A stretch of DNA of 63,348 nucleotides, counting the filler, from Sphacelaria rigidula (lineage: Eukaryota): NCBI GenBank assembly GCA_964200075.2. It is 9 parts of 9 records of this genome, joined end to end, with 100 filler letters (N's around TTAATTAATTAA, not from the genome) between each part and the next. Parts side by side here need not be neighbours in the genome. Positions count along the whole stretch, not along the records: positions 21,153 to 28,102 come from CAXNAA020017250.1; positions 28,203 to 35,152 come from CAXNAA020017251.1; 7 more parts are not named here. One strand, written 5' to 3'. Both the position numbers and the translations under genes were made by a program. The notes beneath the pieces are model-generated. The model saw only the letters and a program-made list of their open reading frames with translations, was not told the origin of the DNA and did no database searches. How positions within the stretch are numbered: the first letter of the stretch is position 1; each line of letters opens with the position of its first letter. This document shows positions 21,053-34,591 of the stretch, piece by piece.

Positions 21053-22884
21053 NNNNNNNNNNNNNNNNNNNNNNNNNNNNNNNNNNNNNNNNNNNNTTAA
21101 TTAATTAANNNNNNNNNNNNNNNNNNNNNNNNNNNNNNNNNNNNNNNNNNNNGAAAGCACTGTTTTAGGCTTGAGCCTCATCTCGGAGTTAAACCTCAAT
21201 TCGCACAATCTATTGTTCTCTGCCCAAATCCAACTCAAACGATGTTGCATATATTCTATGATGCATCATTTATTAACATTTGGGCTAATTGACCATCTTT
21301 TATGGCAACGAATCTCGATTTTGTGAGACAGGGACTCAAATTCGCGAACTCGAAATCGGGGGCACCGCTGTATATCATCACAGATTTGTGAAATAGTTCT
21401 GTACGAACAGACGGATACTTTCTGCACGAGCGTGGTATCGCGTACTCGTGCACGAAGCCGAAGAGCAGGCAGACGGTTAATACCCCTTGAAGCACAGTGT
21501 CGTACCACGGTACCCTAGGGTAATACAGTGCAGGACACTCCACGATCACAGTACATGATCATGCCGTGTGGTAGTATATGATGATGGCACAGTCGCTATT
21601 GCGAGGACAACGAGCAATCAGTGCACGAGAAGAGTTCAGTAGCCCAGTGCAAAATATCACCCAGCAACTACAGCGACAACAGACGAGAAAAGTACAGCAC
21701 CGTTCGGTATAGTGATACATGTGGCACGGCAGTGCGGCATGAGATATTACCATCGCCACAGGGTGGGGCGTCAATAATAGTTATTATCCACTCGTCGTCT
21801 CAAACCCCATGCGAAGCTGCTGCAGCAGCTGGCACCGGCAGGCACATACTGCGTTGTCACGAGACTGTCTTCTGCTGCGGTTGCAAAAATATCAAACGCC
21901 TCGTCCTCTACCTTTGTACGTCAGTGCACGTCCTTCACCTTCTCGAAATCGCGGGGACCTCAGATACCCCCCGATAAAAATGGGTGGAAAATGTTCTGAA
22001 ATTGTGACACCATGATTTTTTCCCAAATCGGGGTCCATAGAACGCGTTCCCCGATTATTTCCCCCCGATCTGCGTAAAACCCGAGATCGGTGACTGTCAT
22101 AAAAGATGGTCTTAACCCTGCGACAGCCAGCGTCGCCTCAAACCAACTTCACAAGCTGACAGTGCAGGGACATCCAACGGTGGCGTCGGGGCGGCGGCGG
22201 CGGCGGCGGCGGCGGCGGGGGGAGGGAGGGGGGGGGGGGGGCGAAAAGCGGGCAGAAAAAGGGCGGAAAGACTCTCCAAGTCAACCATACGTTTTTCGGG
22301 AGTTTCCCACGGAAGATTGTTGGCCATGGATTATGTATTTTTCTCCCAGTTGAAGTTGATGCCGATTCATCAGATGATCACCCCTGCTGGGTTGTTTCGT
22401 GTTTAGAGCTTGTAGGAATCCACGCCAACATTAACCCTTAGACCGCGACGGTAGTTCATCTGGACCTCGCATACGTTTTTCAAGTGAAGTAGATGCCGAT
22501 TCAACATAATACGACCTACTCTCATCGTCTAACGGTTACCCCTTCGAAGGCGAGAGAGAGTAGGTCATCTGTTCAATCGGCATCAATTTCATTTGTAAGA
22601 AAAATGCATGATCGAGATAAGATACTCTCACGGCCTAGGGATTTATGCACATTGTCATCACCTCACCTCGCAAAAGACAATGTGATTCGTACCGGTCGTA
22701 CGCATGACCAAATATCACAGAAGACACCACGACTGAGTGTATGGGGATTGCATGATGTACTGAAGATCTCTCTTTTATTGTGCTTTACGACACATGCTCC
22801 GCCAGACCTCCAGCTTCTGGTGAACCCTCTAGCGCCGGAAGTGTTCATTTGTAGAATTGACATCGTCATTACTTGAAAAGGGCC

Positions 22885-23505
22885 TGAAAATGATGCCGAT
22901 TCCACAAATTCTTCTAGTGATGGTTTCCCTAAGTGACATATTCTGCGATAGCCCCCCTTCCCAAAAAGTGGCTGGTTTGGAGAGGCAAAATCTACACGTG
23001 AATCGAAATGAACTATGCCGAGCAAAAGGAGCAGATGATTTATGGAATCGGCATCATTTTCACTTGGGAAGTACATGATAATCAGGCCTACTCCACAAAT
23101 AAATCAACACCTCCGGCGGTTGAAGGGTTGGGACTGGCGTCGTAGGACAAAGTACCATGTGACTCCGAGAGCCATAGGATAGTCTCGGTGACACTTTCTG
23201 CGATAGCTCCCCCCCCAAACGTGGCTGGCTTGGTGGGGCAAAATCTACACTACGTAAATTGAAATGAAAAAAGCCGAGCACAGCGAGCAGCTGACGTGTG
23301 GCATCGGCATCATTTTCACCTGAAAAATACGTGAGCCGAGCACAAAGAGCGGCTGGGAAGTCCCACGCTTGGGTTGTTTTCCGCCAATGTCGCTCATATT
23401 AAGCGCTTCATGCAGCCTGAAATCAAACATCAGGCGCTGCACGAACCTTTTTTTTGTGAACGTTTCAGGGTGGTTTGGGGGGGGGAAGCTATCGTAGAAA
23501 GTGCC
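22885..23505. repeat. Degenerate repeat cluster (two ~140-bp direct copies plus an inverted end), probable non-autonomous DNA transposon remains
   Basis: TTCTGCGATAGC...GCAAAATCTACAC...ATCGGCATCATTTTCAC at ~22940 and ~23196; inverse GCTATCGTAGAAAG at ~23488 and also at ~49414. Confidence 0.6.
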
Positions 23506-23871
23506 CGGTGCCCGAATGTTTACCATCTGCTTTCATCGGTGGATTACGGTTGGGGTTAGGGTTAGAGTGTAGCTGGGTCAGTATATCGAAGATTTGGATA
23601 TATCATAGAGAGACGATCTGGAGACGAAATTGAACCCTTTGACCGCCTCTTGGTCAATAGATCGCTCTGCTTCGCATCACACTTCCAGTTCTCCTATCCT
23701 TTCTCACATTGGAATGAAATGGGAAAGAGACAGAAGAGACAGACACCCTCAATGAAGAAAAGCAAGAACGGCATACAAGCAGAAGGAGAGACGGAAAGAA
23801 AGTAGGGGCCATAGATTGACGATGAAAATTCTTTCGCGCATCGCACCACGCAAATTCCAGACATTATCGTT

Positions 23872-24567
23872 CTAGTCCGAGTGACGTCCTTCCACGTGCG
23901 CAAGGGTGCGCAGGAAGGCGGAGCTGAGACTGGAGTCGTCGCTCGGCAAGTTCCCGCTAGGTTCTCTCAATTTCTCCCTGGCCACTACTTGTAGATCCGT
24001 CTTGACGTACACATACAACACGTGCCTCCCGGAATGCCAGTGGGTATCGAAAGAGGCAAACGCGCTAGTGTCACCCCCAGCAGTGCAATCGTACTTGAGC
24101 CATTTCCACTGCAAACGGAACTGCGTGACGTAGTGGGTGCCCATCCAGATAAGTTACACAATCGAGATCAAGGAGTACTCTACGCCTGAAAAGAGAGTCT
24201 CGGACGCATCGGGGGGGACTCCAACGACTGCGTCGACGGCAGCAGCACTCGACGAAATAAATAGGCGGTCGGGGGTGTTGATAGCCGAGAAAGGCAGGAA
24301 ATTCCAAAACCACATGTCCGATGGGATGATCCCGCATGAAGGACAAACTCCCGCCCCGGGGTAAGAAAAGTCAAGACAAGTACTTTTTACCAATAAATCA
24401 ATCACGGCGGCCTGCAGAGTTCTACTCTTTCCGTGAGGAACCATGAAAATAGCTGGGTCACGCAAAGCCGCAGATTTCTCGAGCGTTATCGTCCGCAGGC
24501 TGTGGTCGTCCACGGAGCAGGGAACGTGGCGCCTCCACGAGATCCCTACAGGTTGTCGCGTAAGCAA
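23872..24567 (-). pseudogene. Degenerate coding remnant with a USP/UCH-like His-box pattern
   Basis: Two ORFs in the same frame read GVEYSLISIV*LIWMGTHYVTQFRLQWKWLKYD. Confidence 0.3.
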
Positions 24568-25659
24568 AACCAGTTGGAGATTGCTGGCACGTGTCCGGCC
24601 AGTTCGCTGGCACGGGAGGCTTGCATCCTTGGCAAATGGCTTCGAACACGCTCGCCGTGTGGCCTATTTGATCACCGCTTCCGGGTAAATCGCCGTCTGA
24701 CACGACGAAGTTGCGCGCTTCCGCCAGCTTCACCTTGTGAGGGTTAGTTGGCATTTGGGAGAGTTAGACGATGAAAGAGAGCTACGTAGCCGAATCAGTC
24801 CCAGGGTGGCTGGATTCAGGAAGTGCAATTTAGTGAAAAATCTACCCGGCCAGTCAGAAACGAAGGGTTTGTCCGGTCGGTCAGAATGGAACCGCAGAAT
24901 TGCACAAGGCCATCTGCAGAAGGCCTTCGGTGCACCTTTCCTAGCTCTGCTGCCTCTTTAGGGACAAGCACCTTTGATCCATCGACTCTTTGGGGCTCTG
25001 AGAGCGTGTCTTAGCACTTTCATTTTCAATCGAAGAATTGCGGTCGAATTTGTTTTTGCCGATCTCATAGGCCCACCGCATTCACGTTCCTTGAAGGCTT
25101 CAACTCAAAATTTTAAACTAGCGGCGCGCGGAGAAGAATGCAACGAGGTATAAAACAATCGTTCGAGATTGAAAACATGCGGTCGAAAGGCACGAAGCGG
25201 CACTTGACTCCTATCTTACAAATAGGCTTCTACTTGTGATGCTAGGAAGGTCATTTTTTATGCTAGTGATCGAGAGTTTCGAAAAACGCTTTTTTTTCAT
25301 TACAGAGCGCAAATATCCCAGGAGCAGAGTGCAGATGAATAAAAAACCACTCATCGAAAAGAATTCAAGGGGATGCCGCATTTGACGGAGGGGGAACTAA
25401 TTTTCGTTACACTCTGATCCTGAGATATTTGCACTCTGAAATAAGGGTTTTCCGAAAATCTCTAATATCACCAAAAATATTGCTCATAAAGTGGAATTTA
25501 TGCTCGATTTATGCTCGCATGCTCCAAAACAATTTGCTCAATTCATGCTCGCAACGTGGTATTCATGCTCGATTATGCTCGTAATATCGAACAAAGATAG
25601 CACTCTCGACCGGATACAGACCCACCGATCACCATATGCATGTTATATATATATATAAA

Positions 25660-26467
25660 GGGGGGCTCTCAGTAGTGCCGGTATGTGCCCACCACGGACA
25701 CCGGCACTACTCAGAGAGCCCGGCACTACTCTGTAAAGTGCTAAAACAGGTGCAATTGGAGGCTCTGAATACCTCAGTAGTGCCGGTTCTGGCACTACTG
25801 ACGACTGTCCGTTCGTACAGTGCTACCCCTGCCCTTCGTGGGACCAACGGAAGGACAAAACGGACGAGAACTTTTGTTTCAAGGGGTTTCGATAGGATAC
25901 GTCACGTAAGGTTTCGGGGTAGCAGAACTTAACCCGTTTTTTTTTTTTTTCGCATTCAACTTGATTGATCCTGTTCACAGGTTGATCATTTCCTTCCGTA
26001 CTAGCACAACAGCAGCAGTACGGCCACAAAAGATGCTCATGGCGAGAGACCTTCCCGACAAGAAACACAAGGACACATCTGCACCCAACGCAACTAAGAA
26101 GGTGCGGCATCTGGTGTGGAAAACAACTCACGAAAGAGTACGCCGCCAACCAAGAGGAGTGAGCGAGAAAGAATGAACCACACCCCTTTTCAGTTCCTAC
26201 CGACTACCGAGACAAGAAGAGAGAGAAACAAACGACCTCGAAAACAAAACACACCGATGCAGCAAACTAGACACGACTTCTCCCGTGGCTGTGCTCGGGC
26301 GTAGATGCTACGTGCTACCCGATAACGGGGATAACCGGCACTGTTGAGGGTACAAAACCGTTCAAACCGGCCCTACTGAGGGTCATCTTTCAGTAGTGCC
26401 GCCCGGCACTACTGCGAGCTCGGGCTGTGCCCGGAGATTTTACCGGCATTACATAGGTGCCTCCCCC
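25660..26467. mobile_element. Non-autonomous DNA transposon (~800 bp) with subterminal repeats AGTAGTGCCGG/CCGGCACTACT
   Basis: The motif occurs several times in both orientations within ~150 bp of each end; the ends are G-run...GCCGGTA / TACCGGC...C-run. Confidence 0.6.
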
Positions 26468-26474
26468 GCGAGCA

Positions 26475-27680
26475 TTTGTTTTTTGCTTTTGTGCTGCTGA
26501 GTGTTGATCGCGTGGATCTTGCGGTTCATGCGAGCTATCGTTTGTTGAATTTGACGTCAACACGCCGGAGATACGGCATGCCATATCTCAACCTTCATCC
26601 ATGATCGGAGGTAAACCAACACGAAAAATTCAGAACAATTTCACGGAATCGGCCTTACCTTCCCGCGTGCTTTTGTTTTTCTGCTTTTGTGCTGCTGCGT
26701 GTTGATCGCGTGGACCTTGCGATTCATGCGAGCTATCGTTTATTGAATTTGACGCCAACACGCCGGAGATATGGCATGCCATATCTCAACCTTCATCCAT
26801 GATCGGAGGTAAACCAACAGGAACATTTCAGAACAATTTCACGGAATCGGCCTTACCTTTCCGTGTGCATTTTTTTCTGCTTTCGTGTTGCTGCGTGTTG
26901 ATCGCGTGGACCTTGGGGTTCACCCGAGCTATCGTTTGTTGATTTTGACGTCGACACGCCGGAGATATGGCATGCCATATCTCAACCCCTGATCCATGAT
27001 CGAAGGTAAATCAACAGGAAAATTCCAGAACAATTTCACGGAATCGGCCTTACCTTCCCGCGTGCATTTTTTGTTGCTGACACGCCGGAGGTATGGCATG
27101 CCATATCTCAACCCCTCAGCCATATCTCAACCCCTCAGCCATACGGAGGTAAACCAACAAGAACATTTCAGAAAAATTTCACGGAATGGGCCTTAACGTT
27201 TTGTGCGCATGTTATTTTTTTTTTCTGTCACTGGCCGTTGTTCGCGTGGACCTCACGGTTCATCGGAGCTATTGTTTGTTGAATTTGACGTCGACACGCC
27301 GGAGATATGGCATGCCATATCTCAACCTGTCATCCATGATCGGAGGGAAACCAACAAGAACATTTCAGAACGATTTCACGGAATTGGCCTTAACGTTTTG
27401 TGTTCCTGCTCTTTCTTTTTTTCTATTACTGGCTCTTGTTCGCGTGGACCTTACGGTTCATCCGAGCTATCGTTTGTTGAATTCGACGTCGACACGCCGT
27501 AGATATGGCATGCAATATCTCAACCCTTCATCAATGATCGGAGGGAAACCAAAAGAAATATTTCAGGAACGTTTCACGGAATGGGTCGTAACTTCTCGTG
27601 TTCTTGCTATTTTTTCTTTTTCTTTGCTGGCCATTGTTCGCGTGGATCTTGCGGTTCATCCGAGCTATCGTTCGTTGAAA
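26475..27680 (+). repeat. Tandem satellite, ~198-bp monomer, ~6.5 copies, each with a 22-bp palindrome
   Basis: CGCGTGGA anchors at 26509, 26707, 26903, 27243, 27441 and 27639 (spacings 198, 196, 340, 198, 198); one unit is internally deleted. Confidence 0.95.
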
Positions 27681-30054
27681 TCAACCCAAAAATGTTCGAG
27701 TTACATCTTTTCATGTATCCATCCCTACTAATAATCTTCCCCCGTAATACAATAATCGTTGCTGCAGGATGGACAACATGATATCACAGATTAGCTGGGT
27801 GTTCAAGTGTAACCCTGTCACCATGCGAGTGTGCATTACGTAATGACAATCGTTCACACCCACCGCAGCCCATGCGCAGGAATACAGTGTGTCCGCGCAG
27901 ATAACGGCATTCGGAAATTAGTAGGGAGATTTGTGAAATCACACCATCCTTGTAATACAAGTACCGTTATTGTCTGATGTCTACTGTGCGGACTGTACAC
28001 TATGTACAGTGGACAACGGACAACAGCAGTAGTACAGGAGAAATACTGTACAGGGCCTATATTGTTCTGAACGCAGTTGACAAGTGGTGCGATACAGGAA
28101 TANNNNNNNNNNNNNNNNNNNNNNNNNNNNNNNNNNNNNNNNNNNNTTAATTAATTAANNNNNNNNNNNNNNNNNNNNNNNNNNNNNNNNNNNNNNNNNN
28201 NNTAGCGTCATCGCCAACCGACGCCAACCCCATCGGGGGTCCGCCCCTACAAAGCCGGGACGGAGCACGCCGGGTTCTCCCCGGACCAGGCTAGAGTGGG
28301 GGGGGGGTGTACTCATGATCATGCATGCCATAGTCATCAGACCATTGGCCTCGCATCCCTACAAAGCTTCAATCACCAAGCGCGAAGCGCCGTGGTGTGT
28401 TCGGCGAGTCGCATGAAGGGTGAGCTGCATCCTGGGATGGGGGGGGGATTGAAAGTACGACAGCAGATAAGAAAATCATTGCTAGCTGCGTATTGCTTAC
28501 CTCGCCGGTCCTCGTATGGGGAAAGCAGGAGGTGTTCGCCTTTGGTTGCAGGCCGCGAGGTTTCCTCGGAGTGGCGGAAATTACTGCACCTCCATGTACC
28601 TGCACTGCTTGATGTTTTTTTTCGGCGGGGTGGCACGCCGCATGTAGAAGATCTATATCGAAGTAAAAAAGCTCTCGTCAAAGACCTAAGCTCCGAGGAT
28701 CGGAACAAAACACTTTTGAGGTTTCTGGTACTTGTTCTCAACGCCCACTAATATACGAATGCACGCGTAACACCCGGCGTTGGCACCAAGCCTGGGAATG
28801 CTGCTTTCGACCACTACCTCGCTCATGTTATCAGTCGCCATCCAACATACTACAGGCTGGTCAACGCATAAGACTCAAAATTCTGTCATCAGCAAATACC
28901 TTCCGCAATACGCACCCTATAGTGGCATACATGGTATCATACTGACCGCAATGAACAGACAAAGAGGGTGACATGGCCGGATTTTTGTTTAATGCTATAG
29001 CGGTGGCTCTATGGACGAAAACGTGTCTCGACCAATCAGCGCCCTTCAAATAGTTCTGAAATTGAAAACATCAATTCCGAGCCCATTTTTTACCGAATCT
29101 CCACATGCTTCAAATCGCAGTAACCGCCATCAACTCGGGGATCTAACGGGAGAAACAGCTTTGAACTCGGTTCCAATTGGGTCGAATTATATCCGAAACC
29201 GTCATGTTCCGGTGATGTGGAGTGTTGGCATCGTCTAATTTCCACTCATGATACGTACGAAAGACCCGGGGAGCTCCGTGACGGTTTCCCTTACATCTGT
29301 TGTAGAAAAGCTCAGATCACCCTCAAACTTGGCAGTTCCCTAGGTACTGGTGCTCCAAATTGAAAACAAACGTGTTCTTGGCAAGATTTCAAAGTTTCTC
29401 CATTTTCTACCGGCTTCCGGAGGTTCCAGTATAAAGACCCCTGGGAGGCGGTACATAATGCCTCATAAGAGAAAATAATGATACGATGCGTCCCGGAATA
29501 GCCCACGGAACGAACACGTATAAAAAGTTTAGTCGAGAAACTCGAGAACCTCATACAATTTTAATTGACGCCTTGAAGAAATCACCCCAAAAAGACGCCT
29601 TCATACTGAAACCAAGTAGTTGGGAGTTTGTACGTTTCAAGCTCACGTCCTCGCACAATCGCGCAAACCTTCACGCAGTTATCAGGAGTTAGACTCTGAA
29701 ACTTTCCACACATGTGCTATGGATCATGACGCAAGTTTCGATCGACGAGTTTTTTTTACTTGTTGACTTTTTCACCGTTTTTCGGGTGTCGGGCGGAGGA
29801 TCCAAGTCGTTGTTCGAAGTAGTCTCCATTTCGGGACCCCGGAAAATCGGCACGATGATATATTTTTCTTGCTTTTCGCAGACGAGCTGTCGCCGCATTA
29901 CCCGAGGAAGGGCCTCACAAAGTTTCGTGGCCAAACTCGATTAACTGATGCTTGAATTTTCATGTTCACGTCAAAGAAGGCCCAAATACACCACTTTTAT
30001 ACAAAATGTAGTAGTTTGCGGTTTCACCGTGGCATGGCAAGGTTCATCGCAAAC

Positions 30055-30335
30055 ACGCGAAAAACTTCACACCGTTTTTACGAGTTAGATTCTGAAATGT
30101 TACACAACTGTGCTATGAGTCCCTACGCAACCTTAGACGAACGAGGTTTTTTTTACAGTTTTACAGGGGTCCGACTGGATCGAAGTTTCCCCGCAAAAAC
30201 TGGGATCCCCGAAAAATGGTGAAAAAAAAGAAGCGTATATAAACCTCGACCTCCAAAAGTTGCATAATGACTCATAGCGCATTTGTGCAATTTTTCAGTG
30301 TCTAACTCCTTCAAACGGCGTGAAAGTTTGCCGAT
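30055..30335. repeat. Old inverted repeat (~95-bp arms, ~90-bp spacer), degenerate MITE/foldback
   Basis: GAGTTAGATTCTGAAA...GCTATGAGTC...CGAGGTTT is mirrored by AAACCTCG...GACTCATAGC...TTTCAGTGTCTAACTC. Confidence 0.7.
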
Positions 30336-32031
30336 GAGTGTTTCTTGGGTCTCATGCGTGAACCCGCCTGTACATGAAAAGGGAAGGAAGGTGGAGTGTC
30401 GGTTCACTGGTGAAGAATTGCCACACGCGTGCAGTGGTCATTCTCCACTCGGGTTCGTGGTACGCAGAGCTGTTATCCCTATCTGTACGTACATACAAGA
30501 GCTACATCTATATATACATATATATATACATATACACAGCCGTACAGGCTGGGAGCGAAGCTTTGTGTGTACCATGAAAGTAAAACTGCCGTTGGTTATC
30601 CTGCTGACTACGCTGATGAGCAAAGGTTCTGAAGACAGTTGGGCAGTCCCTCGCTAGTGACTAAAGCAAAGATGTTTCACGCTCAAGAGAGCAAAGAGTG
30701 CGTTTGTAGGTTCGCAAACGAAGTTTGAACGCGACCTTGTTCCTCGGTATGAAGGCGATCGTGTCCAGCCGGTACAGGTACGCACATATGGACCTTGAAT
30801 TTATTAGATTCGTTGCGGAATCTTGCAAACCTTTAGTTCGTTGCGGTGGTTTGAAGGAGTCTAGTGTGTTGTTTCGTCGTTAAACCTCGGACTTGCTTAG
30901 AGCCTATGTTCGTGTGAAAAAAAAAACAGTATTGGCCGCATTACTCCTGATAGGCGGGATGTCTCGGATGGACAACACAAGCAAATACATGACCTGATTT
31001 CGGTCCTGTGCTGCTGCAGAAGAAAATGTTTTTCGTACTTTTTGCATACCACGTCGCCATCGACTGTGCTTCAAGCGCATGTTTTCTTTGACGCTCGTAC
31101 AACATGCGTGTTTGTCCCCCCCAGACTTTTATGTGCCTGAATTTAATATTTCAGACCCGCGGTATTTTCAGCCTGAAAAAGAACCCGATTTTTCGACCAT
31201 ACCATCACCGCGGAATATTCTTGGAACAAAAATCACAGATATGCCCCCCCGTTCCCCCCGTTATCACATGATGGAACTACAGGGGATGTACGTTGTTCAG
31301 TGGTGGGATCCCCTCCACCGTACGCAGGTTAGCAAAGCATGGCAGGTGCTTCACTCTGAAAAATATCTTCTCGTTGCGAAGCGTACCATTGATAGTATTT
31401 CGCTTCCTGCAAGGACTTTTCAAGTATTAATGTTGCCCCATCTGGGCGCGAGATTGCTCGAGCGGGCCGCCACAAAAACTACCGCTACAAAATACGGAAG
31501 CTTTGGAATTTACCCCTTGGGCAACCAACATCTTCTGCAATACCTAAGTTTTTTTTTCTTCTGATTTTCACGTGGCGATATTTATCTTCAGCATAGGTTA
31601 CCCCTATCGGCCGAAACCTCCAACAATTGCCATCGTTAAAGCATGAGGGTGGGTAGCAACAAAACATTTGACTACAATCGACGCGGTGCGGGAGTACTAC
31701 TCTAATCCGCAATGCCACACTGTCAGGCAGGTACATATCGTGTCAGAGATGAGTTGATCCCATGAAACTGCGGACTCATCCCAGGGAAGGGGAGGGGTTT
31801 ATCGTATGGCAGACCCCCCCCCCTTCCACTCGTCTCGTTCTATCACTCATGGTACTGTCGACTGGTGATATTGTTTCGGGAAACGCCCTCGGATCGAAGT
31901 GGTTGATGTAGTTCATAGTGTATACGGGGCATAACATCCCCCCCCGTGGGTGATTTGCATCGTAGCATGCTCGCAGCCGCACGCTGCATCCATCACCATC
32001 CAGCACCATGCACTGCTCACGCCTAAAACAG

Positions 32032-32549
32032 CAGGGCAACATCCGCTCTCCGATAACGAAGAAGATCGCGAAAGTTCGTCGAGAGATGGGGAACTGCCCA
32101 GCCGAAGTAGCTGTGTTGCTACACCTACACCAGCAGCAACGACAACAAAAGCAGGGACAACGACAGCCACGACGACGTCTCCGCCATCCGAAGAACAACG
32201 AGAAGAGGACGGTCATGATCTAGTCAGGCAAGCGGTCGAAGCCTCCTCTAATCGCACGGGTGCCTCCACCTTGAACTCCGTGAAACGGAGAAGAGAATCA
32301 AGATGGGGCGGTAGGCCTGACGACGTCGATCGCGGTAGCGAGGTTCGTTCAGGTGGCACTGGCGGTGGTGGTGGTGGTAGTGGTAGTGGTGATGGTAGTG
32401 GTAAGGGTGATGAAGGCGATGGTGCTGGGGTCTCGGGGGGAGGGGATGGTGGTGTGTCTTCTATGAGGAGGGCCTGGGCCGGCGAGTTAGAGGTGGATCG
32501 GACCGCAGAGGATGAAATGGACGAGTATTTGTCTGCTTTGCTTTTGTGA
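32032..32549 (+). CDS. Probable terminal exon of an unknown host gene (Gly/Thr-rich, ends AEDEMDEYLSALLL*)
   Basis: CTCAC...AAAACAG/CAG acceptor, open frame to TGA at 32549, followed by a T-rich 12-mer repeat (TGTTTTTGCTCT)n. Confidence 0.5.
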
Positions 32550-34559
32550 CACCACCTCGTTCGTTTTGATTTGTGTTTTTGCTCTTGTTTTTGCTCTTGT
32601 TTTTGCTCTTGTTTTTGTTTTTGTTTGGTTTTCTGTTTTCCGTTTTTTCTTTGTATAGGCAGTGTTTGCGCTCGTGTTTTTGCGTTTGCATTTTTTTGGG
32701 ATGAGAATGCCCCCCCCCTCCATTGGAGGTTTGTAGACGGCAGAAATAAGTTTTGTTGTTACTGTCATGGTTCAGAGCTGTTGATTGTGGTGACAACCAA
32801 AGCAGCTGCCCGACCACGACCAACCTCCGATAAAGGCTGGCGTTGCTGGAAAGCTCTACTTCTTGGCCGCTTGGAATACCGTAGGAACTGTCCATTCCTT
32901 CGTTTTTGTGTGTGATGGCGCCGGGGCAGAGCAAAACAGGTAGATTTATGGCACGTTGGGAACAATCGACGTGGTAAATATCGCTGTTGGTTTTGAGTGT
33001 GGATGGGGTGAACTCGCAAACCGTTGCTGCGCGGTCCCACGCTGCACTCACGCAGCCTAACAACACGCACGGGAAGTCCCGGCGCAAGCGCGGTGAGTGC
33101 GAGCCTAGTCGTTTTCTCAGCTACACGAAAATATTTGTTGTGGCTGGAATGCATCCAGCAGTTCAAGCCCTTCCGCAATCATCCACGTCGGTCCCAACAT
33201 TTACTACGTACGGTTGTTTTTTGGCCAAGATCGAATGTGGCAGTATGAGCACGGCAGCGGTGGTTTTATGTAAAAGCAGCAGCACGGTTTTTGACTTCGT
33301 GTTGCGCATAAAAATATGCCAGGCAACATCTCGCGTCGTCTTCGAGAGCTCGAAGAAGTTTGGCGCGAATGTGGCGGGGCCCAAAATCCCCCAGCCGTGA
33401 GCTTGTGCAGTAGCAGCAGTCTGCCACGCTGCCATCACTCTCGTTGTGTACATATGTGTAATGGTCGGTACAGGTGGGATGTCTTGCTATTCTTCACATT
33501 ATTTTGAAGAAGACGGCTAACAACGTTTTCGTGGAATTGAGAGTAGAGCGCTGATTGAGAGTGGCTGTGATAATTCGCTGTAGCTTAGCCAATTTTTCAT
33601 TCCGTGTGTGCTTTTCTTTGCCTCCATCATTGGCGTGTGCTTACAGCTACACGTCGATATCCTACTCGGGGATATCAAGGGCCTCAGTGGCAAGCTACTA
33701 CGTAAAGCATGTTGGGCCTCGGGCAGGAGCATTTCGGAACTGAAACGATTCATTCACTAATTGACCGCTTTTCACTCTTAATCGTATCCTCTACTCTCAA
33801 TCTCACGAAAACACAGATAGCTGTGCTGTAGTTGGTCTATGACTCCGCAAAATAGGTTTTGTCAAAATAAAGGGAGTTGTCTCACTCTCCAGCCCATATT
33901 TTTATTTTTGAAAAACTTCCTAATATCGGTGACTTTCGTTATATATTGGGTGCTTTTTTAGTGTTTGGGCGTCGAAGAAATTGAGGCACTTTCGTCCAGC
34001 ACTGAAGGCCGAATACTGCAACAAAGACGGAAAATCTTCAAGGTCTGATGGGCGATGGGGTCTCTGTTGGCGAAATAAGAAGCATGTGTCATTCTTTTGA
34101 CGTGAGTCAGCCCTTGATCACTTGACGCTCGAAGCTGATTTCACAGTGCGAATATCACGCCACTAGATTCATTTATGTGTAGGCAAGATGCCTTCGTGAG
34201 CTCTCCTACATATTTTTAGCAACTTTCGTCTTCTGCGGCATGGGGAAATCAATGCTGCGTCTTCACACGACAGGTGACAGGAGAAGCGCCGAACCTGCCG
34301 CAGATCCTTGATTAAATACGATCCTGTATCTCTGTACTGATCTCAGCTCACAGCGAATCTCTCACCGCTTGCGGCATCACTTTGTAGGTAAGATGATTTC
34401 TGAGCTCTTCCATGCCTTTTGAACAGCGAGTATCTCCTGTGGCACGCAGAAATCGATGCTGCGCTTTCAGACGACAGGAGAAACGCCGAATCTGTCGCAG
34501 ATCCCAAATCGAAAACAATCATGTTACCGTTCCTTTTATTCCAATGGGTCACCCCTAAA

Positions 34560-34591
<32 letters not shown>

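Noticed and set aside
26475..27680. CRISPR-like array (palindromic repeat at regular spacing)
   Set aside because: The intervening sequences are themselves repeats rather than unique spacers, there are no cas genes, and the context is eukaryotic.
27186..27731. 181-aa ORF within the satellite
   Set aside because: By-product of a monomer length divisible by three; other units are interrupted.
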